Origin: the human T2T-CHM13v2.0 reference genome, Homo sapiens
Direction: 5' to 3' (one strand)
Assembly: GCF_009914755.1 (NCBI RefSeq)
Contig: NC_060926.1
DNA length: 64,000 nt
The notes under the pieces were generated by a model, which worked only from the letters and a program-made list of their open reading frames with translations, ran no database searches and was not told the origin of the DNA. Within the stretch, counting starts at the first letter, position 1. Every line of letters starts with the position of its first letter. Position numbers and translations under genes: made by a program. This document shows positions 41,215 through 54,040 of this stretch, in pieces.

Positions 41215-41895
41215 TGTTTGTTTTCTAAAAAGAGCTGTTTTGCCTAAAAGCTCAATGTGAATCAACAGTGTGATGAGATAGCCAAAATATATTGACCTTC
41301 GGCTGCATTAAAAAAAATAAAATATCAAGAGTGTGAAGTCTACGGGAATATTGACAAATGATCATTCAGCCCCTGGCCATGCTCTTCCATCCTGGTGCCT
41401 CTGCCTTCTGCTGTCTGTCTCTTTCTCTGTTTTTCTATGTTCATCTCTTTTATACATGTTTCTCTCCCTATCTAGCTCTTTCGCTCTTTCTATGCCACTT
41501 CTTTTCCGCCCTTTAGAGGAAACCTCAATACCCCTGAGCGCATCTAGAGGAGAGCAAAAACTCCTCTTGATGCACTCCTCCTTCTTCTCTGGTGAAGGCA
41601 GAAAGTGGGAAAATGGAATGGCCACTCTATAAACAGAGACCACGAGGCAGAGGGAGGAAAACTTCTCTGAAGAGCCACACAGGCTGCTGTCAAGAACACC
41701 CAAGACAGACAGTTTAAACCAAGCTTTGCAGCTTAGCAGGGAACAAGAAGACTCAGTGGAACAATTACAGGAAGAAGATATTTGGATTAAAAATAGATAA
41801 ACTTTTTACCTAAAACTTTCTGGAATTAAGAGTAGTATCCTCGTGAAATAGTAAATTTTCTCTCACCCAAAAGTTTGAGAAGAGGCTGGAGAGCC
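41215..41895 (+). mobile_element. L3/CR1 fragments flanking a CT-rich stretch
   Basis: aagctcaatgtgaatcaacagtgtgatgagatagccaaaa...ggctgcattaa; 3' piece ...aagtttgagaagaggctgga. Confidence 0.55.
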
Positions 41896-44416
41896 TGTAA
41901 TTATATGTAATCATGACAGCTGGACTTAAGCATCCTTGAAAAGGCTTGTCAAGTTAACTGTGCTTATAGACAAAAAGCACTGACTTTGTATATGCTGTGA
42001 CTTGAAGTGCAACAGAGACCCTCAAATGAAACAAGCAAGTAATAACAAACATAATTTTGACTCCAAAATGGAACAAGACTTGGACTGTTTCCATTGGATG
42101 AAGACTTTGAAAGCTCTTGTCAAAATGGAAAATACTGTCCAGTAGGGGTTATTTTTTAATGATCATTTTACTGTGAATTTATTTCCAAACTGGGCAATGG
42201 AACATATATATAAGATAAAATAGACTTCATTTTATATGTAAAATAGACAACTGGAGAGAAGCTATGAACAATAAAATCCACTGGGTTATATACTTCCTTT
42301 TGCTTCTATGTCTTTTGATTTAGGAAGGCACTGCTTATTTATGTGATTGAATGACAAACATCTGCAAAATATCTACATCATATAGTGATCACCGATTACG
42401 TGACCCTCCAGATATGAAACAAAATGCACATAATTAAACTACAATGTTGCCATTTTCAATATACCCAATATTATCACTTTGCTAAGCATGTCAGAAAGAA
42501 AACTCATTCTTCACTATTATTTGCAACCTAAGTGCAATTGTCAATGCTATTTAAGGATAAAATGTAAATATAAAAGGAAAGGGGGCATTAAACTCAGTAT
42601 CCAAAATGTAACTACTTCTGAAACAGATTTTTTTAAAAGCACTTGATATATTTGCTATAGATACACTCACCTTTAAATTTTACTACTTACTTGCTAATAA
42701 GGATATAAAAATTACTCATTTTATATAATGGCTTAGGAAACAGGATTTTTTTTTTAACAGCATAAAATTCATCATGGAAGTCAGTAGTTGGCTTAAATTG
42801 CATTTTTTTCCCTTACTTGCCATTTAGAAAACTAAAAGAGCAAACATTCCAAGAGAGAAAGATTCCAAATAAACAGTAAACAAAGAATAATAATATAAAC
42901 TAATCTACCCATGGAAAGAAAACAGAAAGAAATTTTTTAAGAAAGCAGTTTGGGAAAGAGGTAACACAAAGAAAACTGGAGAGTTAAACTCAAAAAGATT
43001 AGTAATTATATTCAATGTAAATGAATTGGAAACTCCAATGAAAAGACAAAGATTGTAAGATTATAATAAAAGACTCATGTTTGTATATAAAACATACAGA
43101 CACATTACCTGAAAGTAAAACCGTTTTTTTAAAATGTATCATGTAAAAAAATAAACAAAAACTGAAATAAATACATTAATTCAAACTGAGTAAACTTAAG
43201 GACAACAGGCATTAAAAGGAAAAAAGTGAGGCACATTTTAAGAATAAAATGTTCAGTTCACCAGTAAGATAAAACACTTCAAAATTTGTATGCAACTATT
43301 ATAATCAACTGCAAATATTCTAAAAAAAACTGACATAACCACAAGGAGTAATTCATAATTATTATAGAGGTTTTTAATTCAACTTTCTCAATATCATGGA
43401 AAAGACAGGAAAAATATAATAAGGCATAGAAGATTTAAACAAAAAGATTAACAAATTTGACTTGATATATGGTTTGTTGTTCCCTACAACCATAGAATAA
43501 AAATTATTTTCAAGGATACCTAAAATATTTATAAAAACTGACCAAAGGAAATCTCAATACATTTTAATTATTAAAATACTACAGAAAATATCTGATCAGA
43601 GTAGAATTAAGACAGAAATGAGTAACAATAATATCTTGCCACAAGTTTTGGAAATTAAGAAATATAATTATTTGCAACCCATAGGTCAATGAATAAATTA
43701 CAAGAAAATATGAAAATATTTTAAATTAAAGGATAGCTAAGATTCTACATATCCAGGTTATGAAAAGCAACTAAAGCTAGAAATTTACAGCTTCAATTTT
43801 ATAGATGACAGATAGGATAGGACTAAAAAGTTAATAAGCTCTGAATCTAGCTCAAGATGTTAGAAAAGAGAAAAAGGTAAACTAAAAGTAGATAAAAAGA
43901 AATAATAAGAACAAAAATCAATGAAATAGAAACCAATGTACAAGAAAGAATTCTCCAAGCCAGAACCTGGTTCTTTGAAAAGATAATAAAATTAATAAAC
44001 CCCTAAGTAGAATAATCTGGAAAGTAAAAATAAGACAAAGGTAAAAAATTATCAATTTCAGAGAGAGAAAAGCTAATACCATCAAAGATCCTACAGACAT
44101 TACATATATGTTATGCAACATATATAAAGCTATATGTTATGGAAAACATGCCAATAAATTTACCAAGATGTAAATAGCCTTATAACCATAAAAAAAATGA
44201 ATCCATAATTTAAAATATTACCACAAGGAGAACTGGCCTCAGTAGCCTCAAGGGTGAACTCTATCAAACATTTAAGGTTATTAGCTCAACTGGAATGTCA
44301 AGATACCCTACGGGTACTTTGAGAAAGGAAAACTTACAGACCAATTTCATTTATAAACCTAGATACAAAAATCCTAATGTTTGCAAACTGATTTAGAAAC
44401 ATATATTTAAAAAAAG

Positions 44417-44747
<331 letters not shown>

Positions 44748-45571
44748 TTAAACATTTTTTTTAAAGTAGTCACTATGGTATGCTACATTAAGAAAAAAAT
44801 CTTATAATTATCTCAACAGACCAGAAAAGCAATTGATATAATTCAACATTTATTCATGATTATGAACTCATAACAAATGATTAATATTAATAGAAAGAAA
44901 ACTTCTTAATGTAAGGAAGAGTAATTACAGAAAACTTGTAACATTTAAAGATGTTTTCAGTTAGTGGTAAAAGTTGAAAACTTTACTTTGAAATCAGGTC
45001 CAAGACAAGTATACCTGATATGATTACTTGTATTCCATGTTGTTCTAGCAAGAAAAATATGCAAGAAATAAAAGCATAAGAATTGGAAATGAATAAATAA
45101 ACTGCCACTGTTAGCAGAGGTCTTGAACTATAAGTAGAAAATCCAAAAGAAAAACCAGAAAAATAATTAGACCTAATAAGTGAGTTTAGCAAAGCGCTAT
45201 TTATTGTGACCATACAAAATTAACCTGTATTTCTATGTACCAGCAACAAAAAGCAGAAAATAAAATTAAAAGATTTTATTTAAAATACATGAAAATATGG
45301 ATTTTATTTAAAATACATAAAAATATGTGACCAAAACACTGTGAAAGATTGAGAAAAATGTTAAGAAATCTTATTAAATTGAGAGATACAATACTTTAAT
45401 TGACCAGAAAACTTAACATTTAAAAAATAAATCTCTCCAAGTTGATCTACAAACTAAAAGCAGTCACAATGAGAATTGCAACAGATTTGTGTTTCTGGTT
45501 TTAGGGAACTAGACAAGCTGTTTCTATAATTAATATAAAAATGCAAAAGATCAAGAATAGCCAAGACTATC

Positions 45572-45979
45572 TGGTTTCTGCTCTCAAAAATTATCAATGA
45601 TCTCAAAGAGTGTTAATTTACATGGGTAAAATGTATTTATTATATTAGGCATTAAAATGGGGAACAGTTTAAAGATATTTGTAATAAATTGATTTTAAAA
45701 TAATCAATGAATACGTTACAACAAAATAGCATATTTTAACATATGAAATAATAGTATACTTTTCAAATCAAAAATAGAATAACAGCGGCCCTGTTTGCAT
45801 TTTCGCCAATCTCTTCAAAATCTGTTTTAATAGAAGACTGAATTAAATCTGTTGCATGTGCAATTTGGTTCAAGTATATAAAGAAAATCCAGCCTCACAT
45901 ATATATGTAGTTGGAAAAGATTTTATCAAGGACCCCCTCATTGGGTCTTGGGTACCTCGTAGGCTTTGAGAACCACTGA
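45572..45979 (-). mobile_element. Charlie1 (hAT) deletion derivative
   Basis: aagaaaatccagcctcacatatatatgtagttggaaaag; terminal ctttgagaaccactg. Confidence 0.75.
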
Positions 45980-46030
45980 CAACAAAAATCTTAAAATGAC
46001 TATGGAGTGATGACCTGCTTTACTTATTTT

Positions 46031-49000
46031 GTTATTTTTTATTTTATTTCAATAGTTTTTGGGGAACAGGTTGTGTTACATGACACGGATAAGTTTGCTA
46101 GTGGTGATTTCTGAGATTTTGGTGCACGCACCACCCAATCAGTGTACGCTGTAACCAGTGTGTAGTCTTTTATCTCTCAGCCCCCTCCCACCCTTTCTGC
46201 CACGTCCCCAGAGTCCATTGTATCATTCTTATGCTTTTGCACCCTCATAGCTTAGCTCCCACTTATGAGTGAGAGCATATGATGTTTGGTTTGCCATTCC
46301 TAAGTTACTTCACTTGGAATATCGGTCTCCAATTCCATCCAGGTTTCTGCGAATGCTATTATTTCATTCCTTTTTATTCCTGAGTAATGTTCCATGGTAT
46401 TATACCACAATTTCTTTATCCACTCATTCACTGATGGGCATTTGGGCTGGTTCCATATTTTTGCAATTGCAAATTGTGCTGCTATAAACACACGTGTGCA
46501 AGTATCTTTTTCATATAATGACTGTTTCCTCTGGGTAGATACCCAATAGTGGGACTGCTGGATAAAATGGTATATCTACTTTTAGTTCTTTAAGGAATCT
46601 CTATACTGTTTTCCATAGAGTCTGTACTAGTTTACATTCCCACCAGCAGTGTAAAAGTGTTCCCTTTTCACCACATCCATGCAAACATCTATTATTTTTT
46701 TATTATGGCCATTCTTGCAGGAGTAAGGTGGTATTGCATTGTGGTTTTGATTTGCATTTCCCTGATCATTAGTGATGTTGAGCATTTTTTCATATGTTTA
46801 TTGGCCGCTGGTATATCTTTTTTTGAGAATTGTCTATTCATGCCCTTAGCCCATTTTTTGATGGGATTGCTTTTTTTCTTGCTGATTCGTTTGCGTTTCT
46901 TGTAGATTCTGGATATTAGTCCTTTGTCAGATGTATAGATTGTGAAGATTTTCTCCCACTCTGTGGGTTGTATGTTTACTCTGCTGATTGTATCTTTTGC
47001 TGTGCAGAAGCTTTTTAGCTTAATTAAATCCCATCTATTTTTGTTTTTGTTGCATTTCCTTTTGAGTTCTTGGTCATGAAGTCTTTGCCTAACCCAATGT
47101 CTAGAAGGATTTCTCTGATGTTATCTTCCAGAACTTTTAAGTTTTCAGGTCTTAGATTTAAGACTTTGATCCATCTTGAGTTGATTTTAAGGTGAGAGAT
47201 GAGGATCTGGTTTCATTCTTCTACATGCGGCTTGCCAATTATCCCGGCACCATTTGTTGAATAGGATGTCCTTTCCTCACTTTATATTTTTGTTTGCTTT
47301 GTCAGAGATTAGTTGGCTGTAAGTATTTGGCTTTATTTCTGGGTTCTCTATTCTGTTCCATTTGTCTATGTGCCTATTTTCATACCAGTATCATGCTGTT
47401 TTGATGACTATGGCCTTTTAATGTAATTTGAAGTCAGGTAATGTGATGCCTCTGGATGTGTTCTTTTTGTTTAGTCTTGCTTTGGCTATGTGGGCTCTTT
47501 TTTTAGGATTGCTTTTTTCATTCTGTGAAGAATGACAGTGCTATTTTGATAGGCATTACATTGAATTTGCAGATTGCTTTTGACAGTATGGTCATTTTCA
47601 CAATATTGATTCTACCCATCCCTAAGCATTGGATGTGTTACCATTTGTGTCGTCTATGATTTCTTTCAGCACTGTTTTGTAGTTTTCCTTGTAGAAGTCT
47701 TTCACGTCCTTGGTTAGGTATATTACTGGTTTGTTTGTTTGCACCTATTGTAAAAGGGGTTGAGTTCTTAATTTGATTCTCAGCTTGGTTGCTGTCGGTG
47801 TATAGCAGTGCTACTGACTTGTGTGCATTAACTTTGTGTCCTGAAAGTTTACTGAATTCATTTATCAGTTCTAGGAACTTTTTGGATAAGTCTTTAGGAT
47901 TTTCTAGGTATATGATCATATCACTGACAAACAGCAGCAGTTGGACTTCCTCTTTACCAGTTCAGATGCCCTTTATTTCTTTCTCCTGTCTGATTGCTCT
48001 GGCTAGGACTCTCAGTGGAAATGCTTTCAACTTTTCTTCATTCAGTATATGTTGGCTATGGGTTTGTCATAGATGGCTTTTATTACCTTAAGGTATGTAA
48101 CTCCTGTGCTGATTTTGCTGAGGATTTTAATCATAAAGCAATGCTGGATTTTGTCAAATGCTTTCCCTGCATCTGTTGAGATGATTGTGTGATTTTTGTT
48201 TTTACTACTGTTTATGTTGTGTATCACATTTACTGACTTGCAAATGTTAAACTATCCCTGCATCCCTGGTATAAAACCCATTTAATCATGACGGATTATC
48301 TTTTTGATATGCTGTTGGATTCAGTTAGCTAGTATTTTGTTGAGGATTTTTGCATCTATGTTCATCAGGGATATTGGTCTGCAGTTTTATTTTTTTGTTA
48401 TGTCCTTTCCTGCTTTAGGTATTAGGGTGATACTGGCTTCATAGAATGATTTAGGGAGGATTCTCTCTTTCTCTATCTTTTGGAATAGTCTCAGTAGGAT
48501 TGGTACCAATTCCTCTTTGAATGTCTGATAGAATTCAGCTGTGAATCCATCTGGTCCTGGACTTTTTTTGTTGTTGGCAATTGTTTTTTATTGCCATTTC
48601 AATCTCGCTACTTGTTATTGGTCTGTTCAGAGTTTCTATGTCCTCCTGGTTTAATCTAGGAGGGTTGTGTATTTCCAGGAATTTATCCATCTCTAGGTTT
48701 TCTAGTTTGTATACATAAAGGTGTTCATAGTAGCCTTGAGTGATCTTTTGCATTTATATAATATCAGTTGTAATATCTCCCACTTCATTTCTAATTGAGC
48801 TTATTTGGATCTTCTCTCTTTCTTGGTTAATGTTGCTAATGGTCTATCAATTTTGTTTATCTTTTCAAAGAACCTGTTTTTTGTTTCATTTATCTTTTGT
48901 ATTGTTTTGTTTCAATTTCATTTAGTTCTGCTCTGATCTTGATTATTTCTTTTCTTCTGCTGGGTTTGGGTTTGTTTTGTTCTTGTTTCTCCAGTTCCTT

Positions 49001-52000
49001 GAGGTTTGACCACAGATTGTCTATTTATGCTCTTTCAGACTTTTCAATGTAGGCATTTAATCTTATGAACTGTCCTCTTAGCACTGCTTTTGCTATATCC
49101 CAGTGGTTTTGATAGGTGTTGTCACTATGATTGTTCAAAGAATTTTTTAAATTTTTAACCTCATTTCATTGTTGACCCAAAAATCATTCAGGAGCAAGTT
49201 ATTTATTTTCCATGTATTTGCATGGTTTTGAGAGTTCCTTTTGGAGTTGATTTCCAATTTTATTCCACTGTAGACTGACTGAGAGAATCCTTGATATAAT
49301 TTTGATTTCCTTAAATTTATTGAGATTTGGTTTTTGGCCTATCATATAGTCTGTCTTGGAGAATATTCCATGTGCTGATGAATAGAATATATCTCCTGCA
49401 GTTGTTGGGTAGAATGTTCTATAAATATCGGTTAAGCCCATTTACTCTTGGGTATAGTTCAAGTTCATTGATTCTTTGTTGGCTTTCTGGCTTGATGACC
49501 TGTGTAGTGCTGTCAGTGAAGTATTGAAGTCCCCCACTATTATTGTGTTTCTGTCTATCTCATTTCTTAGGGCTAGTAGTAATTGTTTTATAAATTTGGG
49601 AGCTCCAGTGTTACATGCATATGTATTTAGGATTGTGATATTTTCCTGTTGAACTAGTATTTTTATCTTTATATAATGTCTCTCTTTGTCATTTTTAACT
49701 GTTGTTTGAAATCTGTTTGTCTGATGTAAAAATAGCTACTCCAGCTTGCTTTTGGTGTTCATTTGCAAGGAATATCTCTTCCACTCCTTTACCTTAAGTT
49801 TATATGAGTCCCTAAATGTCAGATGAGTCTCTTGAAGACAGCAGATACTTTATTGGTAAATTCTTATCCATTCTGCCATTCCGTATCTTTTAAGTGGAGC
49901 ATTTAGGCCATTTACATTCAATGTTAATATTGAGATGTGAGGTACTATTTTATTCATTGTACTATTTGTTGCCTGAATACCTTGTTTTGTTTTGTTTCAT
50001 TGTGTTATAGGTCCTGTGAAATTTAGGTTTTAAGGAGGTTCTATTTTGTTTTCATTTTGAGGATTTGTTTCAATATTTAGAGCTCCTTCTAGCAATTCTT
50101 ATAGAGCTGGCTTGGTAGTGGAGAATTCTCTCAGCATGTTTGTCTGAAAAAGACTGTATCTTTCCTTCATTTATGAAGCTTAGTTTCACTGGATACAAAA
50201 TTCTTGGCTGATAATTGTTTTATTCAAGGAGGCTAAAGATAGGACTCCAATCCCTGCTAGCTTGTAGGGTTTCTGCTGGTGTTACTCTAATACATTTTCC
50301 TTATAGGCTATCTGATCCTTTTGCCTCACAGCTCTTAAGATTCCTTCGTCTTGACTTTAGATAGCCTGATGACTATGTGCCTAGGTGATATTTGTGTGAT
50401 GAGCATCACCTGGGTGTTCTTTGAGCTTCTTGTATTTGGACATCTAGATCTCTAGAAAGGCCAGGGAAGTTTTCCTCAATTATTCTCTCAAATAAGATTT
50501 CCAGGCTTTTAGATATCTCCTATTCCTCAGGAACACCAATTATTCTTAGGTTTGGTCATTTAACATAATTGCAAACTTCCTGGAGGCATTGCTCATTTTT
50601 TAAAATTACTTTTTCTTTTTGTCAGACTGGCTTAATTTGAAAGCTTTATTTTTGAGCTCTAAAGTTCTTTCTTCTACTTGATCAATTCTATTGTTGAAAT
50701 TTTCCACTGTATTTTGCATTCCTCTAAGTGTGTCTTTCTTTTCCAGAAGTTGTGGTTGTTTTTTAGTTATGGTGTCTATTTCTCCGGAGATTTTTTTTGT
50801 CCATATCTTGTATTATTTTTTAAATTTCTTTAAGTTGGTTTTCACCTTTCCCTGGTGCCTCCTTGAGTAGTTTAATAATCGATCCTCTGAATACTTTCCC
50901 TGGCAATTCAGAGATTTCTTGTTGGTTTGGATCCATTGCTAGTGAGCTAGTGTGATATTCTGGGGGTGTTACAGAATTTGTCATATTACCAGAACTGTTT
51001 TTCTGGTTCCTTTTCATTTGAGTAAATTATGCCAGAGGAAAGATATGGGACTCAAGAGCTGCCGTTCAGATTCCTTTGTCTCACTGGGGGATCCCTTGAT
51101 GTGGTGCTTTCCCCCTTCCCCGAGGGATAGGGCTTCCTGAGAGCAGGACTGCAGTGATTTTTATTGCTCTTCTGTGTCTAGCCATCTAGCAGAGCTACCA
51201 GACTCTGGGCTTATAATGGAAAGTGTCTGCAGAGTCCTGTGATGTGATCCATCTTCAGGTCTCTCAGCCATGGATACAAACACCTGTTCTGGTGGAGGTA
51301 GCAGGGTAGTGAAGTGGACTCTGTTAGAGTCCTTGGTTGTAGGTTTCTTTAGTGCACTGGTTTTCTCAAATGCTGGTTTATGCTAGAAGTGAAGTTGTCA
51401 CAGGGACAGATTCAGGACTTCTGGTCAGCCAGGATGTTACAGGCAGTGGTATTAGCTGTTGTTTTCTCCCTTCTTGGAGCAGGGTTGTTCTGTTGTGAGT
51501 TGCTGTAATGGCTTTAGTTGGTTGGCCTCCAGCCAGGAAGTGGCAGTTTCAAGAGAGAATCAGCTGCGGTAATATGGAGGGATACAAGTTTGCCCAAAGG
51601 TCACCTAGATAAGTATTCAGATTTCTCAGGTGATGGGTGGGGCCATAGAACTCCCACGAGTTTATCTTTTCTGTCTTTAGCTACCAGGGTGGGTAGGGAA
51701 AGACCATCAGGTGGGGACAGGGCTAAGCATGTCTGAGCTCAGACTCTCCTTGGGCGGGGCTTGCTGGGGCCACTGTGAGGGATCGGGAGGTTGGTTCTCA
51801 GGCCAATGGAGTTATGTTCCAAGAGGTAGCGTGGCTGCCTATGCTGTTTTGCATAGTTTGCCAGAGAAGTGGGGAAAGCTGGCAGTGACATGCCTCACCC
51901 AGCTCCCCCAGATTCTGCCCAGGAAAATTCAGGCTCAGTTGAAATTATTACAAAGTTCCACTGGAAGTCTCCTTCTGCCTGTGGCCCTTCCCCAAATCCA

Positions 52001-52445
52001 CTGGCTGCCCTCCCCAAGGACCCCTGTGAAATAAAGTCAGAAATGGCTTGCCTCGGCTTCCCTGGAGACCAGAAATACCTACAGGGCTCTTCCCACTGTT
52101 TCTTCTACTTTTATATTTCACTCAGCTCTCTAAATTTGTTTCAGCTCTAAGGTAAGTTTAAATCCTTCTCCCATGATCTAGATGTTTAGTTTCCCCAGTG
52201 AGGATGTGTGTTTGGAGGTGGACATTTTCCCCTCACACTTCGGGGACTCAGTTTTTCAGCTGTCTCACGGAATTTGCAGAAGCAAGTCGCTTCTTTCAAA
52301 AGGCCTGTGAATTCTTTTGGTTTTCCCGGTATGTTCATACAGTGGTTCTTGAAGCAAAAGTTCATGATATTAGTCTCTACACACTGTTCTGTCTGTCTGA
52401 TAGAGAGAGGCAAGTTAGTCCTGCCTCCTATATGCCATTTTTCTA
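46031..52445 (-). mobile_element. Essentially full-length L1PB1/L1PBa (about 6.4 kb); ORF1 and ORF2 disrupted
   Basis: L1PB 3' end at left. ORF2 pieces (46300-46491, 47638-47919, 48042-48227, 48535-48753, 49199-49441). ORF1 N-terminus MKRNQKNSSGNM (50820-51017). 5' UTR start aaaatggcatataggaggcaggactaac on the minus strand. Confidence 0.92.
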
Positions 52446-52480
52446 GTTAGTTTATAAAGAAAAAGGGCTTATTTGGATTC

Positions 52481-52596
52481 TTTACTTTTTTCTCTTTTTT
52501 GAGGCAGAGTGTCACTCTGTCACCCAGGCTGGAGTCCAGTAGCACAATCTCAGCTCACTGCAACCTCCGTCTCCTGGGTGCAAGCAATGCTCCTGC
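52481..52596 (-). mobile_element. Alu right-arm 3' fragment (about 100 bp plus tail)
   Basis: ttttgaggcagagtgtcactctgtcacccaggctggag...caagcaatgctcctgc. Confidence 0.85.
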
Positions 52597-53699
52597 TGTA
52601 CTTGTTTTAAAGTAGCAATTACTAAACAGTATGGGTTGACAGAATAAGAGAAAACAAACCAATGAAAAAAGAAAAATCCTAGAAACAAACACATACACAC
52701 ATGAACTCTTCATTGATACCAAAAGTGACATTGTGGAGACATGGGAAAGGGTGGTCTTTTCAATACATGATACTGGGATAAGTGGATATCCCTGTGAGAA
52801 GAAAATGTAACTGTACTCCTCCATTCTACCATACAAAAAAAAAAAACCAATGTCAGGTGGATTTGAGACCAAAATGATAAAGCTTTTAGAAGAGTACAGG
52901 ATATTATTAAGTTTACAGGGAAAGGAAACATTTCTGTTTTGATTTTTAACAGAAAGCAAGAAGCACTTGCTATTAAAGGTGAAGACAGATATTTTTGGCT
53001 ATGTGAACATTAAATTATTTTCCTCAAAATGTATCAAGGGAGTTGAATAACAAGTCATAGAATAGAAATGGTATTTGCAATTCATAGAGTTAATTTTAAA
53101 AGTGCAAAGGCAGAATATAGACACCACATAGTAGAATATATCGAAATTGCCAACAGTCAAATTAAAAATTGATTGTCCTCATTATTCATCAGAGAAATGC
53201 AAATTAAAACTGTAATTACACATCACTATACACCCACCAGAAATATCTAATTAAAAAGACTGACAGTGTAAGTGCTAGCAAGGATGAGAGAGAAATGGGT
53301 ACTCTCATAAAGCTTCGTGTTATCCGCTAAAGCTGAAGACATCCTCTATGACCTAGCAATTCCATTCCTATGTATAAACTCAACTAAAATTCATTCACAA
53401 GCACCGAGAGACAGACAAAAGGATTTGCATAGAAGATTCATTATTCACAGCTAAAAGTTTCACTCAGTTCAAATGTTCATCCATAGTTGATTAATTTAAT
53501 TATATGTATTCAATAGAACACCCTAACCGTACTGAGAATGAAAAGACAATAGTTATATGTAAAAACATAGCTGAATCTTATAAATGTAATGTTAAGCAAA
53601 GAACCCATATGTAAAAAGAGCACTTATTACAGATATCAGTTTATGTAATTTTTCTTTGTATGTGTTATATTTATACTACAGTTTTTTTAAAAGTCACAC

Positions 53700-54040
53700 T
53701 ATTAATGCAATAACGTTTATGATCACACATGTGCCAGAAATCTAAGCGCTTAATATAAATTGTCTCATTCATTTTTGAAAACAACCCCTATTTTATAGAT
53801 GAATAACCATAGTCATTAAAAGGTTAAATAATGTACCATAATGACAAATGACAGTGCCAAAAATAGACACAGTCTTGATTATAGAACTGTGCAGAGTATA
53901 CAGTCTGTCTTATATGCATCATCTCATTTAATCTTAACCTGCAATGTAGGAGCTCTTATTTCTATCATCTATGAGAAAAATGAGCCCTGGGGAGATTCAA
54001 TCAAACGCTTAGGGTCACAAAGCTAAGAGGAGCCCAGGCC
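53700..54040 (-). mobile_element. Two MIR fragments
   Basis: tctcattcatttttgaaaacaacccctattttatagatgaa; atctcatttaatcttaac...atgagaaaaatgag. Confidence 0.6.

Noticed and set aside
46031-52445. Active (retrotransposition-competent) L1
   Set aside because: ORF1 and ORF2 are broken into short pieces by stops, frameshifts and deletions.
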